Assembly (NCBI GenBank): GCA_973895155.1
Contig: OZ316894.1
Coordinates: 2,620,457-2,684,456, forward strand
Length of the DNA stretch: 64,000 bases
Reading direction: 5' to 3'
Origin: Marsupella aquatica
Lineage: Eukaryota > Plantae > Marchantiophyta
Made by a program: the position numbers and the translations under genes. The notes beneath the pieces were generated by a model, which was not told the DNA's origin, ran no database searches, and worked only from the letters and a program-made list of their open reading frames with translations. Shown one piece after another: positions 1-9,151 of the stretch (the first letter of the stretch is position 1; every line of letters begins with the position of its first letter).

Positions 1-202
1 CGGAGCTCACAGCCACCATAGCCACTCAAGCTCCTCTCTCTCCAAGGCTCAACATTGAAAGATGACCTTTCAATGCCTCACAAGTGAGAAGTACCCTCTC
101 ACACAAACCTGACGGAACCTTATCAGCTCCAATAGCACTCATACCAAACGTACATACTCTAATAGCACGATATACTACTATACTAATCAGAATGGTGTGA
201 CA
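1..202 (-). repeat. 3' LTR (partial; continues beyond the left edge)
   Basis: Matches 9152-9353 ungapped with 3 mismatches by eye (positions 12, 181, 186). Homology stops exactly at ...GGTGTGACA. Confidence 0.9.
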
Positions 203-515
203 GCTGTCGTGCGCATACATATCGCTACACAACATACATTGCTTGTCACATACATCCAAACATAGTCACGCTGCCACATCACAAACACAAGAGAATGGAA
301 TACAAGTGGAACTCATGTCCACACATGTCCAAAACCCACAATCGCCCCCCTAGCTGGGAGTAAGGTCCCCTAACTCTAGCTAGCCATGAGTTCTACAAGG
401 TTGATATACACCTTTTTAGGTGTGAAGATCAGGAGGTCGGGTGCAAGTGAGCCCCATCGATCACCTACCTGCAATCCATATCTGCCAAGAGAACACAAAT
501 GATAACTAGTCGGCT

Positions 516-992
516 TCACCGACATTGAGGACACAACCATGATCCACTAGGAATCACCTGCAATGGTGGTGTCAAACATGACATGTGCCATCCTCTAGAA
601 CACTTATCACAAATCAACATAGTAGCTGCTCCCTGAGCAGATCCACACAACATACATTTCAAGCCAGCACGAACATGTGCCAAGCTTGGATCTACTGTAC
701 CATCAATGTTGGGAAGGTGACATGGTGCACAGTTGCGCACATGATCCTTCCAAACCATACCATCGCGTCCCTCCAACATCAGGACACTAGAAGGCAACAC
801 TTCACGCACACGTAAGATTGTTCGGCCTGCGGTCACATCAAGTGTCGTGGGTGCTGTCTGCTGCAAATAAACATAATCACCATGATGAAATCGTCGAATG
901 CTTGCACGGTAACCTCCTCCACGAATAGTGGCATACCTCAAAGTATCACGATGTTGGGCAATGGCAAGGTTATCAAAAGCCATGGGCATCAC
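516..992 (-). pseudogene. Integrase C-terminal SH3-like region plus PHD finger (end of polyprotein)
   Basis: FHHGDYVYLQ SH3-like segment, then the C4HC3 finger CMLC...CDKC...WHMSCLTPPLQVIPSGSWLCPQC. Same frame as 996-3023, across a TAG at 996-998. Confidence 0.9.
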
Positions 993-995
993 TCT

Positions 996-3596
996 CTAAA
1001 ATACCCGTGCTCTCTTTGAACACACCTTGACCCAAACATCAGGATCATCCAAGTTCACAACTGGTGCAGCATCACGACGAATAGCTGCTGGCAAATCTGG
1101 CTCTCTACCATAGAGCAAAAAGTAGGGTGAGAAGGATGCAAGTGATGCTTGCCGACTGAAACGGTAGCCCATAGCTAACCAAGGTAGTTGGAGATCCCAA
1201 TCTCCTAGATGACCAACCTGCAAGCCATACTTACGCAATCCTCTCTTCACAGTTTGCACAACTCTCTCAGCTAATCCATCTGCCTCAGGATGATCACGAG
1301 AGGTAGTACGATGATCAATCAGAGCTTGTTCACACAAACTCTCAAACTCTCCACGGAACTCAGTTCCCTGATCAGTCAACACCTCAGCTGGTGCTCCAAA
1401 ATGATTGAGTACACGATCCAAAAATGTAGCAGCAACTCCTCCACTGGCTTTATCTGGCAACACCACGAGCTCAATCCACTTGGAGAAGTGTTCTACCATG
1501 ACCAAAATATACCGATTATGGCGTTGGGTAAGAGGTAATGGACCAGCAAAATCCAAACTCCAACGATATCCCAAACCCATGATCGGTAACGGGTGCAACT
1601 GGGGAGTGGGAGCATTAAATGATGCTCTCACTCTATCACTTACCACAAACTTAGCTATCAACTGCTGGACATGAGTGTGCATATCACGCCACCAATATTG
1701 TGTCTGCATCAAGCTGTAAGTGCGCTTCACACCAAAGTGACCCAACTCCTCGTGCGCATGTCGCACCAAATGTACTCGTTGTGATGGTTTTGGTACCACC
1801 AACATCCTACCATCATGCAATACTCTTAAAAGATGGTTTCCCTCCCATCGAAACCTCTTGGCTCTCTGTAGAACCCTGTCACGTTCCTTGGCATCAACAC
1901 TGCCAATAATAGAATTACTGCGCAGATATTCCAACACTCTCACATCATTGTGAATATCTTGCTGTCCAGAAGTTACCTCACCAACATCCACATCTGAAGA
2001 CTCATCATCCACTCCATCCAATGAGGTAGAGTCCACAGATCCACTGTATGCTGGCACCCAACAAAGAAAGGCAGATGCATGCCATCCTGGCACCATCTCC
2101 TTATCTGACTCATCATGCCATCTGGCTTCAGTCTCATCCTGCTGACTGGTACATGGATTGCGGCTTAATCCATCTGCATCCAAGTTCACTTTTCCAGGCC
2201 TATGCACCACCTGGAAATCATACTCCTGTAACAACAATGCCCATCGTGCAAGCTTCCCTGTAAGCTTGTCAGACTTCATTAACCACTTAAGAGGCTGATG
2301 ATCAGTGATCAAGGTGAAGGGGTTACCAAACAAGTAGCAACAAAAGTGTGCAACAGCCCACACTGCTGCCAAACACTCTCCCTCATAAGAGCTATACTTA
2401 GCCTCTGCTGAATTGTTTGATCTACTGGCATAAGCCACAACAAACTCATTCCCCTCATCATCCTTCTGAGTCAGCACTGCTCCAAGTCCTACTCCACTCC
2501 AATCAGTGTGTAGCTGAAATGGTCTGCCTGAAATGGGTCTTCTCAAAATAGGGGATGATGCCAACCTTTGCTTCAACTCCTGAAAGGCATGCTCCTGGTC
2601 ATCACCCCAAATCCATTCCTGATCCAACTTAGTGAGTATGGTCAAAGGTTTAGCAAGCTGGCTAAATCCTTTAACATACCTCCTGTAGTAGCTCACCAAT
2701 CCCAAGAATGCACGAACTCTACTCACATCAGTAGGACAAGGAATCTGTGTAATGGCCTCCACTTTAGTCTGCTGTACACCCAATCCCCCTGGGTATATGG
2801 TGTGGCCCAAATACTCAATCTGGTCTTGGAAGAACTTACACTTGCTAGGATGGAGCTTCAACCCATGTGCTCTCAATCTCTCCAACACAGTCTGCAAGTG
2901 CTGCTGATATTCTTCCACAGTAGAAGAATAGACCATAATATCATCAATATAACATCTGACAAAATCCAAACCTGCAAGGATTCGATCCATGACTCTCTGG
3001 AACTCAGCTGGTGCATTCTTCAACCCAAATGGTAAGAATAATCATTGATACAAACGATCTTTGCCATAAGAATCAATCCCCCAGAATGCTGTCTTGGACC
3101 TGTCAGCATGCCTAATTGGAAGCTGATGGTATCCTGCCCTCAGATCCAATGAACTAAAAACCTTTGCATGGCCCACAACATCAAAGATCTCCTTAGGTGT
3201 GGGCATGGCATATCGATCAGATTTTGTCTGGCAATTAATAGGTCTGTAATCACCACACATGGGCCTATCTGTGTAATTGCCATGCACATCCTTCTTGGCT
3301 GGCATCACTGTGGCAGATGCATACTCCCCATATGAAATCTCCACCAATCTAGCCTCCAACAAATCTTGAGTTCTGCTTTGAATCAGAGCTCTCTCCATGT
3401 CACTATAATGGTATGGTCTACGAAAGATTGACGCATCACTAGCCAATTCAATCTGAATACCAGGGCCCTTCAATGTCCCCAAATCCTTCATGCTGAATGC
3501 AAAACAATTCCAATAACTCTTCAGGAATTGATGCATGCGACGTCTCTCCTCCCCTGTTAACTTAGGGCCAAGCTGTGGTTCCCAACTCTCCACCAA
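996..3596 (-). pseudogene. Reverse transcriptase - RNase H - integrase
   Basis: RT motifs: CGDYRPIN, SSLDLRAGYHQL, PFGLKNAP, YIDD. RNase H: LHTDWS, EGECLA, TDHQPL. INT: SLDFAGP, LTDQGTEF, GLAERVVQ. In-frame TGA at 3042-3044 where Trp is expected. HHCC cysteines decayed (KFVVSD). Confidence 0.95.
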
Positions 3597-3641
3597 ATTC
3601 CTAATATCTCTTTGTAGGGTAGAAGAGATAGCCGATGATTG

Positions 3642-4832
3642 CTATTTAGTAGTAGATTGAGCAGTCCCTTCCTGCTCAATAATCTGTCCAGCCTTGGCCA
3701 ATCCTGCCATGGGTCCATGGATTGTCTGCTCGCCCCCAGCTGTGGTCAATACTGTCTCAGTGAACCGCAAGCTCACCAAGGGACAATCAGTAATTCCAGC
3801 AGAGCGCATCCGCAACTGTTCAGCTACTCCCAAGCTGATAATCCAAGTCAAACAATTCAGGTCCATTGCTTGACCAAGAACCTGGCGCCGCAAACCCTTT
3901 GACATAAAGGCAATTGCAGTGGTGCCAGTCAAAAATCCCATAGCACGCTCTCTCTCATCATCAGTAGGCTCCAGTAACTGCTGGAGAGCTATGTCCCACA
4001 CAAGTCCAGGGCCACCTCCTCTGAATGCATATGAAGCAGAGTGGCTGACAAGAGTGGGTAATGCACAACGTGGGCGCCCAACTGCATTGACCACTGCCAA
4101 TGGAGGTCTATCAGGTTGGGTCACACCCTGTGCACGAGGCCCTGGATCCAAAATATCATCCACCACTAAGGCTGGTGAGCGTGGAATGCTGTCAAATGCG
4201 CGCTTCAGCACCTCACATGGGATCAAATTGGTCCACCACAAGCGTGGACGATGTGCACGAGAACCCACACGTGCAGCATCCAATAACACATCAGGTCCAA
4301 TCCAAGACCTCACCTGGTGAACATTGACAACAATCCAACTACGATCATCACCTAACAATGGCACATTCTCTAAAATGTATGTTGGAGACTATGTCTGATG
4401 TAGCTGGAGATGACGCAACACTCGTAACATCTCCCAAAATAGTGCAGAGCGTGGATCATGAAGTCCATGCCCAACGCCAGCTCTAGATTGGCCCTGAGAT
4501 GGCCAACCAGCAATCACCAAATCAATGGGGCCAACATGATGTAGATGATCCGCCCCCAACAATGAAATATCAGCAGGTAGTGCATGCTGATAACCATGAA
4601 CAGCATCCACTAGCAGCAATTGTGGATATCTATCCACCAACATAGCCACATGCCGCAATGAGACCTTCCATGCTGTCTCATCTGTCTCCACATACAAATA
4701 ATGACGCACAGGAATTCCTGCAAGAACAGCAGCCAATCCAGTGCTAATCCCACCAAAAAGATCTAACAAACAAATACCCTCCGGTGGATATTGCCAAGCA
4801 ATAGGAGTGGTATCCAATGGTGAAAGAGTCAC
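3642..4832 (-). pseudogene. C5-cytosine DNA methyltransferase domain, DNMT3-like, embedded in pol between PR and RT
   Basis: Motif I LDLFGGISTG, II YVETD, IV GPIDLVIAGWPSQG, VI ILENVP (in frame just after a TAG at 4389-4391), VIII DAARVGSRAHRPRLWWTNL, IX/X ERERAMGF...RRQVLGQAM. Canonical motif order. Confidence 0.9.
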
Positions 4833-4939
4833 AGGTCCATCTGCAAGAGACTGCTCTGCTCCTGACTATGGTGTAAAAGCATGACGCCATGCATCATGTA
4901 CCAATCGTGCTGCTGCCTGTGGCAAGGCTTGTGTAGTGC

Positions 4940-5971
4940 CCACACTGGTGGCACAACACTGCCAACAGGTAATCCTCGCATCATGTGCTCCTCATGAGAC
5001 TCCTCCAATGGTGGAACATCGGTTGCATGCGCATTACCCTCAATCAAATCATCAGGTCCAGCAATTAGACCACTGAATGCTGCCAAAGACAATGGTGTGG
5101 ATTTAGGGCCTCCCACAGGTCCATTAAATCTCACTGGCAATTTGCTCAATCGAGCATCTCCTGACTGCCAATCAGGTCTATATGACACTGATTCCTCCCA
5201 AAAATCAAGAATAAATCCCATGGGGTAGAGCACTGTACATCCCACCAACACATCATATGACTCTGCCTTAGTCAAAATAGCTCGCGCCTGTATCTGTGAG
5301 CTATCTATGGTATGACTTTCTTGAATCCTCAAATCAAGTGGTCTCCTGGTGATATGCTGTGTAGGTGTAGGTCCCCCCAATGAAGTCTGAATGGGAAAGG
5401 GACAATCCTCCAAATCCTCTGGACGCAATCCCAATCCACGTATGGCAGACTTCCCCAACATCAAGGGCTGAGCACCAGTATCCAGTAACACTCTCTCTGG
5501 CTGGTATACTACTCCAGAAGGCCCAACTAATCGAAAGATACCACTCCGATTATCCAATGACACAACACTAGGTTTAAACCTAGTCCTCTCAAATGCAAGG
5601 CGTGCTGGTAAATCCACCAACCTTGCTGCTGCTGCATGCCATGTCTCACTAGTAGTAGTAGGTGGTATGGTCTTCACTGCTTCAACACTGCAAGCTGCTT
5701 CTGCATGGGAAGCAACAACTGGAGTGTCCTCACAGAGTGTAGCTGCCAATCTGAACATTTCTGCAGGACCAACTCCCAAGTTCAGCATGTCTGTCGCTGA
5801 AAATAATGGGGTGCGTACTATGGCAGTAGCCACCCCCAACAGGGTACCTGTCATCCCTACTGTATCACTACCGGATTCTGCCAACTTACCCACGCCAGGG
5901 TTTGTCCGAACCGGGTTCATAGAGGTAGTCTGAACTGTCTCTGACAATGTAAAAGACTGAGGAAGCTTTGT
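4940..5971 (-). pseudogene. Retropepsin-type aspartic protease region
   Basis: RVLLDTGAQPLML (DTG) and downstream YDVLVG. A frameshift near 4940 rejoins the DNMT frame. Confidence 0.85.
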
Positions 5972-7437
5972 CTACCGACGTGCATCCCCCCTTTGTGGAT
6001 CTAGCTCCACTATTGCTCCTCGGGGCTCAAGAGCTTTGGCTGCCCCACGTGTCAAAGCTGCTGATGCATCAATATGTGCAGTGCCACACATGAATCCCAT
6101 GGTGGCAAGATCTCCATCAGCTCCATAAGATGTGGAAGGACCATGGGATGTGGAAGGTCCATAGGATGTAGATGCCCCATCACCAAAAGTAGGTCTCACC
6201 TGGGAACTAGCCATGGCAGCTAGCTGTTGCTCCAATTGAGCAATCTTAGCATCCTTTGGATCTATGGTTACAGCAGGGGCAACGTCACCTCCCTGTCTCC
6301 CTGCATGTGGTATGCCACGACCACGTCCACCACCTCTACCTCCTCCTCCTCTTCCCTGATCATGTGTACGGGATCCTCCCCTCCGTAACTCAGGGTGGAG
6401 TGAGAAACACCTATCCTTGGTGTGTCCAGGAGCTCCACAGTGATCACACTGTCGCTAATCAGGCGTTAATGCTCCCCCTGATCCTCTATGATCTGGACAA
6501 TATCTCTGTGCATGATCCCCACCACAGGTCCAACATCCTGACTGCTGTCCAGCATAAGAGGGCATAGGTCTCTGGCTGGTAGACTCTCGTGCAGTAGGCT
6601 TCTCCCTCTGGCTCTTCCGTGCAGTAGGCTGTGGTGTGGATGTAGATGCAGCCTTTGGTGCTTCCTTGGCAAATCCAAAAGTCACCACCTTCTCATTCAC
6701 CATATTGAGCTCAATGCGCTCAGAAAGGGTGAAAACAACTGCTAATGTGGGATCTGCATCCCTAAGCAGAGTGACATCTCTCACTCTGCGTCGTAATTCT
6801 CTGTCCAGAATTGCATACCAAAACTGGATTGCCTGAGCCTCTATCACTCCCTTGGTGACAGTGATCAATCTACGCATACGAGTGTATGCCTCACGTAGAC
6901 TCTCTCCAGTCTTGCACTGGAACTCCTGAAGACCCTTCAACTTATCAGTTCTTACACCCTGATAGTTCTACTTCAGTACCTCAAAGAATTCCACCACAGG
7001 ATTAAATGCTGGCGTAACTCCAGTTCCTGTCACAATCACACCGGCAGGAGTAGCGGTGGATGCTGCTGGAGTGCTGCTGGTGGATGGTGTGCCACTCTGG
7101 CTAGTGCTGCTAGAAGAAGCACAGCTGTGGCAATAGGTTGGGCAGCCGCACTAGTGCCATAGGTGATGGACACGTAATTAGGTGACCAATGCTGCCTCCA
7201 TGCCTCAATCTCAACCAAATGAGCCTTCCGAAACTCATGGTAGTCATCCATGGGTGGCCCCTCCAAATGCTGAAATAATCCCTTCCATGCCATGAAAGGG
7301 GTAAACAATGTGGCGTTACGCAATGTCTGCATATTGCACCACGTATCAAACTTCTGGATGAAGTCATCCAGATCAATCGTGCCAACTGCACCAGAGTATC
7401 ATCGTGGGCCCTTTGTAGCCCCGTACATCTCGTCCAT
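5972..7437 (-). pseudogene. Gag with two zinc knuckles and RGG tract
   Basis: FQCKTGESLREAYTRMRRL (major-homology-region-like), CWTCGGDHAQRYC, CDHCGAPGHTKDRC, GRGGGRGGGRGRG. Stops at 7399, 6968, 6455 and 5972; frameshift near 7120. Start codon uncertain. Confidence 0.8.
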
Positions 7438-8160
7438 ATCCCACAACAAAGGTGCAACCACCTGATGATGAGGAGAACTGGTCACTGAGTCCTCATCAGA
7501 ATCACTGTCTGAAGCTACATTGCTGACTGCTACCAATGCTGCTGACCAAAACTGTGCCCCACTCCGAGTGAAACTGGTCCGTCATCCATCGGGTAATCCA
7601 GCAGCACTAGAAGAATCTGTGGTGACCAACCCTAACCTAATCTATGTGCTAACCCTAAGGGCAATCTATCCCTGTTAGCACCACAAGCACTCACCATGGT
7701 GTGTTGGGCATCACTCCAACATCACAAGGAGAGAAATACATAGCACACTAGAATGTCCAGTTGCAAACCCGGATCACTCCTATGGAATCAAGCGCCCACA
7801 CCGAACCAACATGGCGCATAAACAAGAAACAAGTGTTGAGAGGATCCAATCAACAAGAATAGTCAAACACTAACTCTCCACACCAAGAGTGATCACACAT
7901 TGATCAAACAAATATTCATAATGTTCAATGAAAGGCCTTCATAATAGGCTTCATGATGTCCCAATGTTATAGATGATAAACCATGCACAATTGGTTCAAT
8001 CTGTGTATTTAGATGAACTTAGAACTATCAAAAACCTCTAAAGAGCCTCTAATTTGGCCCGAAACAAGGCTCTAAGCAAACCGAAAAGTGTATAAAGCCC
8101 CTTGGCACTTGAATCTAAACAACAAATTGTGAAAACTTGTGTGTACACAAGGTGGGATGA

Positions 8161-8216
8161 GAACTTGCCAATTAAGCGCTTGTGGCTGGGAGTAGTCCCG
8201 GGATGGGTGACCTCCT
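8161..8216 (+). promoter_or_regulatory. 5S rRNA-derived internal control region (Box A, IE, Box C; Pol III type 1 promoter), antisense to the element
   Basis: GAACTTGCCAATTAAGCGCTTGTGGCTGGGAGTAGTCCCGGGATGGGTGACCTCCT aligns ungapped to plant 5S +41..+96 as I recall it (about 42/56 by hand). The GGATGGGTGACCTCCT stretch covering Box C is exact. Confidence 0.8.
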
Positions 8217-8397
8217 CGCGCTCGACCTTGTGCCTCCCCTCATGCTCACGACCCAGAATATCCCCGTGATGGGTGACCTCGACCTCGCGCCTGCTTGCAC
8301 TCGCGATGGGTGACTTTGCGCTCGCGGTTGGGAGCACTTTCGGGATGGGTGACCTCACGCGTCGCCTCGCGCGAGCACTTTCGGGATGGGTGACCTC
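8201..8397 (+). repeat. Five copies of the 5S Box C motif (G)GATGGGTGAC(CTC)
   Basis: Copies at 8201, 8268, 8305, 8343 and 8384. The last two share GAGCACTTTCGGGATGGGTGACCTC. Confidence 0.9.
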
Positions 8398-8634
8398 GTG
8401 CGCCTCACACCTGACCCCAAAAATGACTACTTCCTTCACGAAAAGCTCCTGAAAATTGTCGATTTCCTTCATGAAAAACGCAGCCCTTCCACAGAATTGG
8501 CAGCAGCTTGATTCAACACCTTTGACCCTCGTTTCTTTCACTGAAACGATGATACCGCCGCACGGGACATTGGCAGCTCCGTTCCTTCAGGAAAAGAGCC
8601 GTCGCTTCACCTGCACCTTGCCAACATCGTCCAA

Positions 8635-8754
8635 CAGTAGCCGACAATCAGATCTGAAGCCCCACAGTAGCCGACAATCAGATCTGAAGCCTCATAGTAG
8701 CTGGCAATCAGATCTGAAGCCCCACAGTAGCCGGCAATCAGATCTGAAGCCTCA
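8635..8754. repeat. 4 x 30-bp tandem repeat in the LTR/leader
   Basis: Unit CAGTAGCCGACAATCAGATCTGAAGCC(C/T)CA. Alternating ends give a 60-bp higher-order period. Confidence 0.95.
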
Positions 8755-9151
8755 CTGATCGACTTCCACTGTCCAACATCTACTCAACATTCGCTTTCCT
8801 CCACAAATCATCAATCGACCTCCAACTCAAAACCTGTCACCAATCACAGATTTGTACATCGATCGGGAAGCAGGCCGATCGGACAACAACAATACAGGTC
8901 GAGATACCAACGATCTGTTCGATAACAACACACGATCCGAGCTACCACGAACCGTCGACAACTCAATCAATCGAACTTCTGTCCGCACAGTCCGTACAAC
9001 AGATTTCAAATGTGATCTTTCAATGTAATCTCCATACAATCGGCACAACGATCCCGATCAACAATACCCCATCGATCCCGCACCGATCCGATCACACACG
9101 TATGTCAAGCCAACACACCTTGCACTACTCAAGGAATCCATGTTACACAAG

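Noticed and set aside
7716-7770. Faint collinear similarity to 274-339 (ACATCACAA, GAGAA, AATACA, ATGTCCA, AAACCC) as an older LTR pair
   Set aside because: Short words in AC-rich sequence that need many gaps; not distinguishable from chance by eye.
8121-8240. Functional 5S rRNA gene
   Set aside because: Only +41..+96 matches. The 5' and 3' helices and the oligo-T terminator are absent, so it is a promoter-like fragment rather than an rRNA gene.
8201-8754. Box C copies and 30-bp repeats as CRISPR-like arrays
   Set aside because: Eukaryotic retroelement context and no cas genes. The 30-bp units have no spacers and the Box C spacing is irregular.
8038-8758. ORFs 8038-8541 (-) and 8456-8758 (+) as extra element genes
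   Set aside because: Their repeated peptides (EVTH, SSRQSDLKPH) just translate the DNA repeats; no recognisable domain.
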